Assembly: GCA_963845185.1 (NCBI GenBank) | Contig: CAWJRG010000009.1 | Location: 416,001-480,000 of the forward strand | Reading direction: 5' to 3' | Origin: an uncultured bacterium | Lineage (GTDB): Bacteria; Oederibacteriota; PGYV01; CAWJRG01 | Length of the DNA stretch: 64,000 nucleotides | In this document: positions 1 to 10,756 of the stretch, piece after piece | Layout of the letters: each line of letters begins with the position of its first letter | How positions within the stretch are numbered: the stretch's first letter is position 1 | Notes under the pieces: generated by a model | What the model saw: the letters and a program-made list of their open reading frames with translations, nothing else | Databases searched by the model: none | Told to the model about the DNA's origin: nothing | Translations under genes and position numbers: made by a program

Positions 1-1
1 C

Positions 2-922
2 GCGCCTTTAATCGGAATTGTTGCCGCCCTTGCCATAGCCATGGAAGTAAAAAGAAGCAATGCCGGAAATTACAATAAACTTATAAGGCAAATAAACGAC
101 ATAGCTAATATTCTTTTGAAAACAAGGCCGACAGCTATAAATCTAAAATGGTCGCTTGACAGGATGATAAGGGTTGCCGAACTGAATAAAGACAGAAGGA
201 TAGGAAGCGTGAAAGAGCTTGTTATAGCTGAAGCAAATAAAATATACAGGGAAGACCTGGAAAATAACAAAGCCATAGGGAGATACGGCGCGGAGCTTTT
301 AAGGGATAAGGACAAGGTACTGACCCACTGCAATGCCGGAGCGCTTGCCACGGCAGGATACGGCACTGCAATAGGCGTGATAAGGGCAGCAGTTGAAAAA
401 AGAAAAAGGATTTCGGTTTTTGTCGACGAAACAAGGCCGTATCTTCAGGGTGCGCGTTTGACGGCCTGGGAGCTTTCGGAGATGAAAATACCGCATTTTC
501 TTATAACAGACAATATGGCCGGTTACTTCATGAAAAAGGGCATGATTGACGTGGTGGTTGTGGGAGCGGACAGGATAGCTGCGAACGGTGATGTGGCGAA
601 TAAAATAGGGACATATTCTGTGGCGGTACTTGCGTATGTGCACAAAATACCTTTTTATGTTGCAGCACCGATATCCACAATAGATATGAATATAAAAACA
701 GGCGATGAAATCCCGATAGAAGAAAGGGATGAAAGAGAAGTTAAAGTGATAGGCGACAAAGAAATAGCCCCGAAAAACACAAAAGCACTCCACCCGGCAT
801 TTGATGTAACGCCCGCCAAATATATCAGTGCAATAATAACGGAAAAAGGCGTTGCAAGGGCGCCGTATGATATTAATCTTAGCAAATTTTTACCGGAAAA
901 GGAGCTTTCTACAGAGATATGA
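2..922 (+). CDS. mtnA: S-methyl-5-thioribose-1-phosphate isomerase (5' end lies outside the window)
   Basis: Motifs TRPTAINL, LTHCNAGALAT, DETRPYLQGARLTAWE, GADRIAANGDVANKIGTY, PAFDVTP. The frame is open upstream of the ATG at 41 and reads APLIG from nt 2, part of the MtnA RGAP motif. Confidence 0.95.
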   Translation, partial: APLIGIVAALAIAMEVKRSNAGNYNKLIRQINDIANILLKTRPTAINLKWSLDRMIRVAELNKDRRIGSVKELVIAEANKIYREDLENNKAIGRYGAELLRDKDKVLTHCNAGALATAGYGTAIGVIRAAVEKRKRISVFVDETRPYLQGARLTAWELSEMKIPHFLITDNMAGYFMKKGMIDVVVVGADRIAANGDVANKIGTYSVAVLAYVHKIPFYVAAPISTIDMNIKTGDEIPIEERDEREVKVIGDKEIAPKNTKALHPAFDVTPAKYISAIITEKGVARAPYDINLSKFLPEKELSTEI

Positions 923-1317
923 AAAACTGGGAAGACGACAGATACTGCCTTGCCTGCGGCGAGAAAAACCCAATCGGCATGCACCTGAGTTTTGAAGTTA
1001 AAGATGACGGTTTATATACAAGTTATGTATTTCCAAAAGAGTTTCAGGGGTATAAAGATACAGTACACGGGGGAATGATATCTTTACTTTTGGATGAAAT
1101 TATGGTAAATTTACCGTGGAAAAAATTAGGAGTGCCTGTTGTGAGCGCCGAAATCAAGGTGAAGTTAAAAAAGCCACTGGCAGTCGGGCATAAAGTAACG
1201 GCAAGAGCTTTTGTGAAAAAAGAAAACAGGAAGTTTTACTTAATAAAAAGCGAGATTTTTAAAGATGATGATAAAGAACTTATAGCAACTGCTGAGTCTG
1301 TATGCGTGAAGATATAA
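919..1317 (+). CDS. PaaI-family (hotdog fold) thioesterase
   Basis: CLACG..NP.G, FQGY...VHGG...LLDE motif; ATGA overlap with mtnA. Confidence 0.85.
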   Translation: MKNWEDDRYCLACGEKNPIGMHLSFEVKDDGLYTSYVFPKEFQGYKDTVHGGMISLLLDEIMVNLPWKKLGVPVVSAEIKVKLKKPLAVGHKVTARAFVKKENRKFYLIKSEIFKDDDKELIATAESVCVKI

Positions 1318-1357
1318 AACAAAAACTTTAAATATAATAATTAAATGAGGTGAATAG

Positions 1358-1447
1358 ATGGGCTGTGGTAAAAAAAGGCATCGCTGGAAAATTAAGACGC
1401 ATAAAAGGAAAAAGCATCGCAGGAAAAACCGGTTTAAAAATAAATAA
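1358..1447 (+). CDS. 29-aa basic AURKAIP1/COX24-domain peptide (bS22/mS38-like small ribosomal protein)
   Basis: Translated by hand: MGCGKKRHRWKIKTHKRKKHRRKNRFKNK*. GAGGTG RBS upstream. Fits the family pattern KR.R.K...HK.KK..RK.R. Confidence 0.8.
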   Translation: MGCGKKRHRWKIKTHKRKKHRRKNRFKNK

Positions 1448-1520
1448 ATAGATTAAAATAAACGATAAAGGTACGGGCGTTTTTTGACCGTGCCAAACAA
1501 ATTATATAAGGAGATTTTTT

Positions 1521-2276
1521 ATGTCGGGACATTCCAGATGGGCAACCATTAAAAGGAAAAAAGCTTCTATCGACGCAAAAAGGGGTCAGGCATTCACGAA
1601 AATAATAAAAGAAATTATAGTTGCCGCAAAATCAGGCGGGGGAGACCAGAATTTAAACGCCAGGCTAAGGACTGTACTTGAAAAAGCAAAGGCAGTCAAT
1701 ATGCCGCAAGATAACATAAAAAAAGCAATCCAAAAAGGCACCGGCGAATTGCCTGGCATTTCTTACGAGGAGATAACATACGAAGGGTACGGCCCGGGAG
1801 GCGTCGCTTTGCTTATAAGAGTGACGACTGACAATAAGAATCGCACTGCCGCAAATTTACGGTCCACGCTAGCAAAATATAACGGTTCAATGGCCAGCCT
1901 CGGAGCTACTTCGTGGCAATTTGAGCAAAAAGGCTATATAACAGTTCCAAAAGAAACAATCGACGAGGAAACTTTGATGGAAATTGCACTTGACGCAGGG
2001 GCGCAGGATATACAAAACGAGGAAAATTCCTACGACATAACGACCAATCCGCAGGATTTTGAAAAAGTAAGAAAAGTTCTTGACGATAAAAAAATAAAAT
2101 ATTCTGCCGCAGAAGTAACAATGGTTCCGAAAAATTACATAAAAATTGAAGGCAAAGAAGCGGAACAAATGCTCAAGCTTATGAACGCCATGGACGAAGA
2201 CGAGGATGTGCAGAACGTATATGCAAATTTCGATATACCGCAAGAGATAATGGACAGGATAAGCCAGGAAGAGTAA
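1521..2276 (+). CDS. yebC: YebC/PmpR family protein
   Basis: MSGHSRWATIKRKK, YEGYGPGGVA, TDNKNRT, DVQNVYANF motifs. Confidence 0.95.
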   Translation: MSGHSRWATIKRKKASIDAKRGQAFTKIIKEIIVAAKSGGGDQNLNARLRTVLEKAKAVNMPQDNIKKAIQKGTGELPGISYEEITYEGYGPGGVALLIRVTTDNKNRTAANLRSTLAKYNGSMASLGATSWQFEQKGYITVPKETIDEETLMEIALDAGAQDIQNEENSYDITTNPQDFEKVRKVLDDKKIKYSAAEVTMVPKNYIKIEGKEAEQMLKLMNAMDEDEDVQNVYANFDIPQEIMDRISQEE

Positions 2277-2337
2277 TAATCATTGCGGTTTTACAACACT
2301 AAACAACCATTTTTACTGAAATTACGGGTGAAACAAC

Positions 2338-3069
2338 TTGAACATCATCGAAATAAAAAACCTGACAAAAACCTACAAGGCACTTGATTTCTGGAAGCAC
2401 GATACATATAACGCAGTCAAGGATATATGCCTTGAAATAAAAGAAGGCGAGGTTTTTGGCTTGCTTGGACTTAACGGCGCAGGGAAAACAACACTGATGA
2501 AAGTAATACTTGGACTTTTATATCCTACCAGCGGAAGCGTGACGATATTTGGAAGCTCAATAGAAAACAGGGACGTAAGGAAACGTATAGGCTATTTATC
2601 CGAATTGCCTTATTTCCCCAAGTACTTGAAAACTCATGAGATACTTGATTATTTTGCGGATGTTTTCGAAATACCGGTAAATAAAAAAAGAGGAAAAATA
2701 GAAAAAATACTTGAAATGGTCGGGTTGGCTGACAAAAAAAATATTAAAATAAAAAATCTTTCAAAAGGCATGCAGGGAAGGCTCGGGCTAGCCCAGGCAT
2801 TACTTAATGACCCCGACTTGCTTTTGCTCGACGAGCCTATGAGCGGGCTCGACCCTGTGGGCTACAAAGAAACAAGGGATATAATAATCGGGCTCAATAA
2901 AAGGGGGAAAACGGTGTTTTTTAATTCGCATATACTTAGCGAGGTTGAAAAAATATGCGACCGTGTTGCCGTGCTTCACAAAGGCAAACTGGCTGACGTG
3001 CAGCCGCTGACGGCAATAAAAAAGAAATTTAAGAATCTTGAAGATTATTTTGTATCAATTGTTAGATAA
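2338..3069 (+). CDS. ABC transporter ATP-binding protein (PilH-like)
   Basis: Walker A GLNGAGKTT, signature LSKGM, Walker B LLLLDEP, H-loop NSH; TTG start. Confidence 0.9.
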   Translation: MNIIEIKNLTKTYKALDFWKHDTYNAVKDICLEIKEGEVFGLLGLNGAGKTTLMKVILGLLYPTSGSVTIFGSSIENRDVRKRIGYLSELPYFPKYLKTHEILDYFADVFEIPVNKKRGKIEKILEMVGLADKKNIKIKNLSKGMQGRLGLAQALLNDPDLLLLDEPMSGLDPVGYKETRDIIIGLNKRGKTVFFNSHILSEVEKICDRVAVLHKGKLADVQPLTAIKKKFKNLEDYFVSIVR

Positions 3070-3128
3070 TTATGCCTATCCAGGCAGGCGACATAAATTA
3101 AAAAGAAGACATAGGGAAAGCTTAAAAC

Positions 3129-3902
3129 ATGAAAAAAATATTAGCTGTGGCGGAATACATATTTAAACAGAGTTTCAGAAATAAAATATTGAATATGCTT
3201 ATAATATTTGCCATTTTTTCAATGGGGTTTTCCTTGATAATCAGCCTCTTAGCCCAGGAATCTGAACTAAAAATGGTCATTGATTTTGGCCTTTTTGCTA
3301 TTGAAATTTTTTCTTTTTTAACGATTGCATTGTCCCTGGCTGTGCAAATGTTTGAAGAAACCGAAATGAAAACTGTTTCGTTAATACTTGTCAAACCCAT
3401 AAAACGTTATGAATATTTGATGGGTAAATATTTAGGTGTATTATTTACTCTATTTCTTAATATATTATTCATGCTTATAACAATGATGGTCGTGATAAAA
3501 ATAAAAGGCGGGGATCCGTGGTCGCTCAAGATGCTGTTGGCAGTTTTATATATATTTATCTCCATGTGCATACTTACATCGACTGCCATTCTGCTTGAAG
3601 TAGTGACTACCTCGGTTCCAAGCTGCATTATTTTCCTGTTTTTTGTTTATGTGCTGGGCCATCTTACAGTCAACTTAAAACACATGATGGAGCAGACACA
3701 GAGCCAGACGGTTAAAATGGTCATTGACATCATTTATTATGTTATGCCTAATATGGAACTTTTCAACCTGAAAGATAAAATTTATACAACTGAAGGATTA
3801 TTTTTACCCCAATATTTTACGATTGTTTCCGGATATGCTGTTATTTATGTCGCGATAACACTTATAGCAGCAAGCTTGATTTTTGATAAAAAAGAATTCT
3901 AA
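3129..3902 (+). CDS. ABC-2 type permease (PilI-like)
   Basis: About six hydrophobic segments, LVKPI.R.EYL.GKYLG motif, C-terminal F.KKEF; adjacent to the ABC ATPase. Confidence 0.8.
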   Translation: MKKILAVAEYIFKQSFRNKILNMLIIFAIFSMGFSLIISLLAQESELKMVIDFGLFAIEIFSFLTIALSLAVQMFEETEMKTVSLILVKPIKRYEYLMGKYLGVLFTLFLNILFMLITMMVVIKIKGGDPWSLKMLLAVLYIFISMCILTSTAILLEVVTTSVPSCIIFLFFVYVLGHLTVNLKHMMEQTQSQTVKMVIDIIYYVMPNMELFNLKDKIYTTEGLFLPQYFTIVSGYAVIYVAITLIAASLIFDKKEF

Positions 3903-3904
3903 AA

Positions 3905-4621
3905 GTGCTAATAATGGCTAAAAGACTGCCCGCATACCTAATTTTAATCATACTTGTTTTTCTTGCATGTTTTCTGAATAGGACAGGGACAAAATATTTA
4001 TTTAAAACCCAGCCGGCATGGTACTTTTTAAATACACATTCATACAAAAAATTCATGCATATTCTCGGCGTCGGATTTGGCGTGAGGCCGATAATAGGCG
4101 ATATTGAATACATATCCTTCCTCCAATATTACGGAGACAGGGATAATTCGCAGACGGCATATAAAGACCTTTACAATTATATAACCGACATAACCGATAT
4201 TGATCCTAACTTTACATTTGCTTATTCGTACGGAAGTGCAATACTGGCGTGGAATTTGGAGAGATATGACGAGGCTATAACAGTAATCAAGAAAGGGATT
4301 GAATTTAATCCTTCTTTTTGGAAACTCAGGTTTTATCTTGGGGCAATCATTTATCGCCAAAAAGGTGAAACAATGAATTACATCAAGCTTCTTGAAGAAG
4401 CCATGAAGTTTGATGACCATCCCGCGATGATTGAGAGGATTTTAGGCAACATTTATATGCTGTATAAAACGCCGGATGAAGCGGCCAGATACTGGGTGAA
4501 GATTTATAAAGAATCAAAGCATAAAGATTCCAGAGATTTTGCGTATGAAACCCTGCGAAAAATAATAAGCGAGAAAAAAATACAGGATATCAAATCCATA
4601 ATGGACATTCTTAATAAATAA
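3905..4621 (+). CDS. Membrane-anchored TPR-like protein (PilG/XapA-like ABC accessory)
   Basis: N-terminal TM; FLQYYG, ITDIDPNF..AY, KGIEFNP.FW.L.FYLG pattern; in an operon with the ABC pair. Confidence 0.6.
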   Translation: MLIMAKRLPAYLILIILVFLACFLNRTGTKYLFKTQPAWYFLNTHSYKKFMHILGVGFGVRPIIGDIEYISFLQYYGDRDNSQTAYKDLYNYITDITDIDPNFTFAYSYGSAILAWNLERYDEAITVIKKGIEFNPSFWKLRFYLGAIIYRQKGETMNYIKLLEEAMKFDDHPAMIERILGNIYMLYKTPDEAARYWVKIYKESKHKDSRDFAYETLRKIISEKKIQDIKSIMDILNK

Positions 4622-4651
4622 TCCATTGATTGAATTCAAGTTAAGTCTGAT

Positions 4652-4680
4652 CGGCCCTCTTTAATAGGGGCCGTTTTTAT
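4652..4680 (+). terminator. Putative intrinsic terminator between the ABC operon and uvrA
   Basis: CGGCCC...GGGCCG stem followed by TTTTTAT. Confidence 0.55.
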
Positions 4681-4696
4681 AATAGGAAGGAAAATA

Positions 4697-7540
4697 ATGG
4701 CTAAAAAGGTTATTACAATAAAAGGCGCAAGAGAGCACAACCTGAAAGCAATAAATCTTGAAATACCTCGCGACAAGCTTGTGGTCATCACTGGCGTCTC
4801 GGGTTCAGGCAAATCATCTCTTGCTTTTGACACCATCTATGCCGAGGGCCAGAGGCGGTATGTCGAGTCATTGTCCGCTTACGCGAGGCAATTTTTGGGT
4901 CAGATGCAGAAACCGGACGTGGACATTATTGAAGGCCTCTCGCCCGCGATTGCGATAGAGCAGAAGTCGGCAGGCAATAATCCGAGGTCAACCGTAGGAA
5001 CAATAACGGAAATTTACGATTATTTGAGGCTTTTATACGCCAGGATAGGCGTGCCGCACTGCCCAAAGTGCAAAATGCCAATAAAATCCCAGACTGTCCA
5101 GCAGATTACCGACAGGATACTTGAGTTCCCAAAGGGCGCCAGGATAAGCGTACTTGCGCCTGTAATCAAGGGCAGGAAAGGCGAGTACAACAAGCTTTTT
5201 GAAAATATAAAAAAAGAGGGATTTTTGAGGGTTAGAGTTGACAACAATGGGAAATCAATAGAGGACGAAATCAAGCTTGATAAGAACAAAAAGCACGATA
5301 TTGAAATAGTCGTTGACAGGATAACAATAAGCAAAGAGGAAAAAAAGAGGATTACCGAGTCAGTGGAGCTAGCCGTGAAATTAGGCGAGGGCGTAATGAT
5401 AGTAAACATCATGGACACCAATGAAGATATACTTTTCAGCGAAAAACTGTCGTGCCCGAAATGCGGCTTTTCCATGGCCAAACTCGAGCCTAGGTTTTTC
5501 TCGTTTAACAGCCCATTTGGTGCGTGTCCGGTATGCACGGGGCTTGGCAGCAGGGTTGAGGTCGACGAAAAACTTGTCATCGACGAACAGATAAGCCTGA
5601 GGCAGGGCGCTATCAGGCCGTGGAGCAATACCGAGGGTTATTACTGGCATTATCTCGAAAGCCTTAGTAGGGATATGAAATTCAGCCTTGATACGCCATA
5701 TTTCAAGCTGCCCGAGAACGTAAAAAAAGTTATTTTATATGGATCGGACAGGGAAATAGAATTCCATTATAAAAGGTTTTCAGATGAATACAAGTACCAT
5801 AGCCAGTTTGAAGGGTTATTGCCTTTCCTTCAAAGGCGCTACATGGAAACCGACACCGAGGCAATAAGAGAGGATATTTTTTACAAGTATATGGTGGAAA
5901 GGGTATGTAGCGCGTGCGGAGGCAAGCGCCTGAGGCCAGAGGCCATAGGAGTGCTTGTGGCGGGAAAATCCATAATAGATGTTACTGAATTGTCAGTGGA
6001 AAAAGCACATAAGTTTTTCAGCACAATCGAGCTGTCGCAGAAAGACACGATGATATCGAGGCAGATATTAAAGGAGATAAGAGGCAGGCTTGAATTCCTG
6101 CTGAATGTCGGGCTTGCTTACCTTACGCTTGAAAGAAAAGCAGGCACGCTTTCAGGCGGAGAGTTCCAGCGCATACACCTCGCGACGCAGATAGGTGTTG
6201 GACTTGTTGGCGTGCTTTACATACTTGATGAGCCGAGCATAGGCTTGCACCAGAAAGACAATATAAAACTCTTGAATACACTTAAAGATTTGCGTGATCT
6301 GGGCAATACCGTAATTGTAGTTGAGCATGATGAAGAAACAATACTGAACGCAGACCATATCATAGACATGGGGCCTGGGCCGGGGGTGCACGGTGGGGAA
6401 ATCGTTGCTGAAGGGACTTTGGAAGACATACTCAAGTCAGGTAAGTCATTGACTGCGAAATATCTTCTTAATAAAACCAAAATAACCGAAAATGAGAATA
6501 AAAGGCAGGCAGACAAGTTTTTTGAGATAACAGGGGTCACGACAAACAATTTGAAAAATATCAACGTAAAATTCCCAGTAGGGAATTTTATATGCATCAC
6601 AGGCGTTTCAGGTTCGGGCAAATCATCGCTTATAGCCGAGACGCTATATCCCGCTCTTGTCCATGAGGTGTACAGAAGTAATTTCAGGCCGGACGGCTAC
6701 AAGGAACTGAAAGGGTGGCAGTATTTTGAAAAAATAATCGAAATAGACCAGTCACCCATAGGAAGGACACCGCGGTCAAACCCAGCGACTTACACAGGCG
6801 TTTTTACCGAGATAAGGAAGCTTTTTACAATGACCAAGGAAGCCAGGCTGCGAGGCTATGACATGGGTAGGTTCAGCTTCAATGTCAAGGGCGGCAGGTG
6901 CGAGTCATGCAGCGGTGACGGCATAATAAAGATAGAAATGCATTTTTTGCCAGATGTGTATGTGCCGTGCGAGGTATGCCAGGGCAAAAGGTTTAACAGG
7001 GAAACGCTTGAGATCTTTTACAAGGACAAAAATATTTCGGACGTTCTTGACATGAGGGTCGAGGAGGCGCTCACATTTTTTGACAACATACCAACGGCGA
7101 AAAGGATACTCGGGACAATAGACGAAGTGGGGCTTGGGTATATAAGGCTTGGACAGCCTGCCACGACTTTGTCCGGCGGCGAGGCGCAGAGGATCAAGCT
7201 GGCGACTGAATTGAGCAAAAGAACTGCGGGAAATACTTTGTATCTGCTTGATGAGCCTACGACAGGCCTGCATTTTGCGGACATAGACAAACTGTTGTTA
7301 GTTTTAAACAAATTGGTTGAAATGGGCAATACCGTAATTGTCATTGAGCATAATCTTGATGTTATAAAAAACGCGGATTATATAATTGATCTCGGGCCCG
7401 AAGGCGGGGATAAGGGCGGCAATGTGGTTGCGGCAGGCGCGCCAGATACAATAATGGCAAATAAAAATTCATATACAGGGGAGTACCTTAAAAGACACAT
7501 CAAACGCAGGGAAAAGAAATCAATCCGTTCGGGGAAATAA
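4697..7540 (+). CDS. uvrA: Excinuclease ABC subunit A
   Basis: Two ABC ATPase domains ([10 protein letters not shown] twice, LSGGE twice), zinc fingers, [22 protein letters not shown]; 947 aa. Confidence 0.98.
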   Translation: MAKKVITIKGAREHNLKAINLEIPRDKLVVITGVSGSGKSSLAFDTIYAEGQRRYVESLSAYARQFLGQMQKPDVDIIEGLSPAIAIEQKSAGNNPRSTVGTITEIYDYLRLLYARIGVPHCPKCKMPIKSQTVQQITDRILEFPKGARISVLAPVIKGRKGEYNKLFENIKKEGFLRVRVDNNGKSIEDEIKLDKNKKHDIEIVVDRITISKEEKKRITESVELAVKLGEGVMIVNIMDTNEDILFSEKLSCPKCGFSMAKLEPRFFSFNSPFGACPVCTGLGSRVEVDEKLVIDEQISLRQGAIRPWSNTEGYYWHYLESLSRDMKFSLDTPYFKLPENVKKVILYGSDREIEFHYKRFSDEYKYHSQFEGLLPFLQRRYMETDTEAIREDIFYKYMVERVCSACGGKRLRPEAIGVLVAGKSIIDVTELSVEKAHKFFSTIELSQKDTMISRQILKEIRGRLEFLLNVGLAYLTLERKAGTLSGGEFQRIHLATQIGVGLVGVLYILDEPSIGLHQKDNIKLLNTLKDLRDLGNTVIVVEHDEETILNADHIIDMGPGPGVHGGEIVAEGTLEDILKSGKSLTAKYLLNKTKITENENKRQADKFFEITGVTTNNLKNINVKFPVGNFICITGVSGSGKSSLIAETLYPALVHEVYRSNFRPDGYKELKGWQYFEKIIEIDQSPIGRTPRSNPATYTGVFTEIRKLFTMTKEARLRGYDMGRFSFNVKGGRCESCSGDGIIKIEMHFLPDVYVPCEVCQGKRFNRETLEIFYKDKNISDVLDMRVEEALTFFDNIPTAKRILGTIDEVGLGYIRLGQPATTLSGGEAQRIKLATELSKRTAGNTLYLLDEPTTGLHFADIDKLLLVLNKLVEMGNTVIVIEHNLDVIKNADYIIDLGPEGGDKGGNVVAAGAPDTIMANKNSYTGEYLKRHIKRREKKSIRSGK

Positions 7541-7634
7541 TTTAACAACATTTAGTAAAGGGGAATAGAGGGGATTTATGGCAACTCTCCCTGCATTCTT
7601 CCGGCATATCTAAAGTGAAATCTCTAAAAAAATA

Positions 7635-7663
7635 TTGAATAAGCCTCCCTGTTGGAGTATATT
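7635..7663 (+). promoter_or_regulatory. Sigma70-type promoter (copy 1 of a duplicated promoter block)
   Basis: TTGAAT-17 nt-TATATT; near-identical block at 9700-9728. Confidence 0.6.
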
Positions 7664-7775
7664 TTACGTAGGATTCAGAGTTTGGCATTAAGTATTCGGA
7701 ATGCAAAATTCCAGATCGCAAATTAATGAATGAAAATTAATTAAAAATTGAGAATTATTTGAAAACGGAGTATAT

Positions 7776-9608
7776 GTGAAAAATTTTTTATTACAGGGTT
7801 TAATTATTGCCGCGGTTTTAACTTTAGTTGTGCAAACAATTACAGCACAGTTAGCATCAAATGAGGCATCAGCAAACAAGGCGAAATTTAAACTGGCTTG
7901 CGTATATCCTTCCGGGGCAAACAATATCTGGGAATTTGAAAATAGTCATAAGGATACCGGCAGTAATCCTAATAAAGCATGGGCTTATACCGGGACTTTT
8001 CCGTATTCAAAGTCAATCGTTAAATACGACTCGTATTCCATGGGCATGCTTTTATCATACGGGAGTTATATAAGTTGCACGGCTTTAAATTATACTCCGA
8101 AAACAATCCAGTTCTGGATATATATACCTGCGGGAACCAAGCAGGACAACAGGTATATTGCTGCTAGTTATAACACGGTGGGAAATATACAGCTTTATTC
8201 CGACAATTACATACGGTGCAATTACGGCAATGGGATGTGCAGTTCTTACGCGGTTCCTTTCAATACATGGGTGATGATACAATTTAACTGGAATGGAACA
8301 AATTTCAGTTTTTACGCGGGGAATCCCGCGATTTTAATCCAGCAAATAGCCTATAAAGGTTATCCGCAAAACAAGATGTGGAGTATTTTCAATTATTACG
8401 ACTGGGCTGACACATATCCAAAAGCGTATTTTGACAGGTTTATTATTGCGGATTATCCGGCAAACGGCGTCGAGATAGTTCCTTATGTCCATACGCCGAC
8501 ACCGCAGCCATCAGCGACAATATACGCGCAGCACAAGCAAACTGCCGTAATGCAGTTAACTGCAGCGTTGGAAGCAACGACAATAGCCACGTGGTTTACC
8601 CCGACCCCGGCGCACACATGCGCTATTTGTGGCACTCCTTTTCCCGCGGTATTTGCGCAGGTTCAAACACCCGTGCTTGTCCCGGATGCGGATTATGAAG
8701 CGGGAAGCGTCCAGTGCCCGGATATCATAACCGGTGCCGACGGGTTGCTGCACATGGCATATTGGGGAAGCGGATGGAAAACAAAAGGAATGATATGCCT
8801 TGCCACCTCGCCCGGCCCTCTGGGCCCATGGACAAAGCACGGGCCTTTATTCGGCAATGGTTACGGCGGCGTTTCCCTTCAGGTTACGGACCCATGTCAA
8901 ATTCATATAGGAAATGAATGGCGCATATATTTCAGCAAAGCCGGAAACATTTTTTATGCGACGTCAACAGATAGTTATAATTATAAATTGCAGCCGTATT
9001 TTAACCCGTCCAATACCGTATTGGACTCGTCGGCATTCAGGCCGGCATGCGTCGGTGGCGCAGGAATTGACGGCCTTGGAATATTTACAAACGGCCCGGA
9101 ATTTTGGGGTATTGCGGAATTAATGGCGGACGGATGCCCGGACCAGTCCGCTTATAAGTTATGGCTGTGCAAAGGTACTGCCGACGCTTTAACATTTACC
9201 AGCGCGTCGCAGGATGCGCTTGAAGGATTGGATCCATGGTATCCTGCAGAATCGCCTTTCTCGCTGGTAACCCAAGGAGGCAGGGCAGCGATGAAAGTGG
9301 GCAATCGCTATCATATATGGTACGGGATCGACTATCCGACAAAAATTTATCACGCGGAAAGCTATGACTTATATAACTGGTATTCAAGCGTAACCCCGGT
9401 TGTTTCTTATAGCGCACATTTGTTCGGGCTTTTAGGATGCAATCAGGTGGCAGACCCGGCTGTTATAGAATACCAGGGGAAAACATACTTATATTACAGC
9501 GCGGTAGATAATGGCCACGAGAGATCATATATAGGAGTTTCAGTATATAACGGAACCCTTGCCCAATATGACAACTGCGGTACAACACTTCCGCCAAAAA
9601 TCCGTTAA
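7776..9608 (+). CDS. Secreted modular protein: LamG/ConA-like domain, Thr/Pro linker, five-bladed beta-propeller glycoside-hydrolase-like domain
   Basis: Signal peptide; TIQFWIY...W.MI.F.W.G...FY..G...YFDRF LamG-like pattern; PTP linker; propeller repeats (CPDII, TDPCQI, ADPAVIEYQGKTYLYYSA). Confidence 0.55.
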   Translation: MKNFLLQGLIIAAVLTLVVQTITAQLASNEASANKAKFKLACVYPSGANNIWEFENSHKDTGSNPNKAWAYTGTFPYSKSIVKYDSYSMGMLLSYGSYISCTALNYTPKTIQFWIYIPAGTKQDNRYIAASYNTVGNIQLYSDNYIRCNYGNGMCSSYAVPFNTWVMIQFNWNGTNFSFYAGNPAILIQQIAYKGYPQNKMWSIFNYYDWADTYPKAYFDRFIIADYPANGVEIVPYVHTPTPQPSATIYAQHKQTAVMQLTAALEATTIATWFTPTPAHTCAICGTPFPAVFAQVQTPVLVPDADYEAGSVQCPDIITGADGLLHMAYWGSGWKTKGMICLATSPGPLGPWTKHGPLFGNGYGGVSLQVTDPCQIHIGNEWRIYFSKAGNIFYATSTDSYNYKLQPYFNPSNTVLDSSAFRPACVGGAGIDGLGIFTNGPEFWGIAELMADGCPDQSAYKLWLCKGTADALTFTSASQDALEGLDPWYPAESPFSLVTQGGRAAMKVGNRYHIWYGIDYPTKIYHAESYDLYNWYSSVTPVVSYSAHLFGLLGCNQVADPAVIEYQGKTYLYYSAVDNGHERSYIGVSVYNGTLAQYDNCGTTLPPKIR

Positions 9609-9699
9609 TCAGCTTACGGCGTAATGAAGGAGTTGCTTTTCCTTATAGGGGTTCCTTTTTAAGTTCTGGGTATATTCAGTGATAAAACCACAAAAAGTA

Positions 9700-9728
9700 T
9701 TGAATAAGTCTGTTTGTAGGAGTATATT
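9700..9728 (+). promoter_or_regulatory. Sigma70-type promoter (copy 2 of a duplicated promoter block)
   Basis: TTGAAT-17 nt-TATATT with flanks matching 7627-7673. Confidence 0.6.
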
Positions 9729-9971
9729 TTATATAAGGAATATGTCAAAAACAAAGGAGCGCAATGAAAAAAACGGAGGGTAGACATAAAAATCTTTTTT
9801 TGCCTTTACAGTATTTATATTTGCTTTTAATGCTTGCCGAAAAAATGCTTTAAGTAATGGTATCGAACGATGTTTATGCCCGGCATGAGAGGATTTTACA
9901 TTTTGCTGCGAAAATAGCGGAAGTAGAATCCATGAAAAAGGAATGAATGAGTAAAATAAAAGGAGGAAGAA

Positions 9972-10145
9972 ATGAATAAACTTGATGATTTTTTGGACAA
10001 AGTAAAGTGCCCAAATTGTGGAAGTATTATGACGGTCTTTTATCCGGTTAAATATGTATGCCCCAATTGCAGATATAAAAGGACCGGGCACTCGATTAAA
10101 ACTGAAGATTTGAAACATGAAAATTTACATCCGAAAAAATCGTAA
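9972..10145 (+). CDS. 57-aa zinc-ribbon microprotein (two CPNC motifs)
   Basis: Translated by hand: MNKLDDFLDKVKCPNCGSIMTVFYPVKYVCPNCRYKRTGHSIKTEDLKHENLHPKKS*. AGGAGG RBS at 9961. Below the ORF-track cutoff. Confidence 0.75.
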   Translation: MNKLDDFLDKVKCPNCGSIMTVFYPVKYVCPNCRYKRTGHSIKTEDLKHENLHPKKS

Positions 10146-10351
10146 TATAAAGATTGAAGACCGGATGAAATATGGGCAAATAAGGGGAAGTCATTATAAA
10201 AACTTTTTCCTGATTTAAATACCTTTTGGAGTAGATTAATGATAAAAATAAATTGGTTGATTTTAATCTGACGGATGCCGGTTTATGTATATTTAAATCC
10301 GGCGTAATTCCTGTCCGTACCGTTTAAAAACATTTGTGGAGGTGATTTATT

Positions 10352-10715
10352 ATGCAGCCGGAATTTTTAGAAAGGCGCATAACAAGCCGCATTAATATTG
10401 TAAGGGAAATCAAGTATAAAATAATCAGCAGCGACGTGGATGAAATTAATTTCGGCAATGAGAAAGGGGAAATAAAAAACATATCCAAAGGCGGTATATG
10501 CCTTTTCACGCCTCACAAAATAGAAGAGGGTACTGTATTGAGAATTGAAATAAATATAGCAAATCCGGAAAAAAGGGTAATTAAAGCTTTTTGCAGAGGT
10601 TGAATGGTGCAACCTTAAGAGCCCGAAAGGGTTATATGAAATCGGGTTGAGTTTTACTGCCCTAAAAGAAGAAGATCAAAAATTCCTGGAACAATTTACA
10701 GCCGAAATACACTGA
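10352..10715 (+). pseudogene. PilZ-domain protein interrupted by one extra base near 10590-10596 (pseudogene or sequencing error)
   Basis: ERR...R and NISKGG PilZ motifs. After KAFC the shifted frame reads EVEWCNLKSPKGLYEIGLSFTALKEED...*, matching the paralog at 16857 (KAFCDVEWCN...FIALKEED). Confidence 0.8.
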
Positions 10716-10756
10716 AGCACTGTCTACGACTGGAAAAATAATACGGGAGAATAAAC

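Noticed and set aside
4636..7344. Several minus-strand ORFs over uvrA
   Set aside because: Typical antisense shadows of a conserved gene.
9729..10118. 129-aa minus-strand ORF
   Set aside because: It overlaps the better-supported plus-strand zinc-ribbon ORF and has no recognisable motifs.
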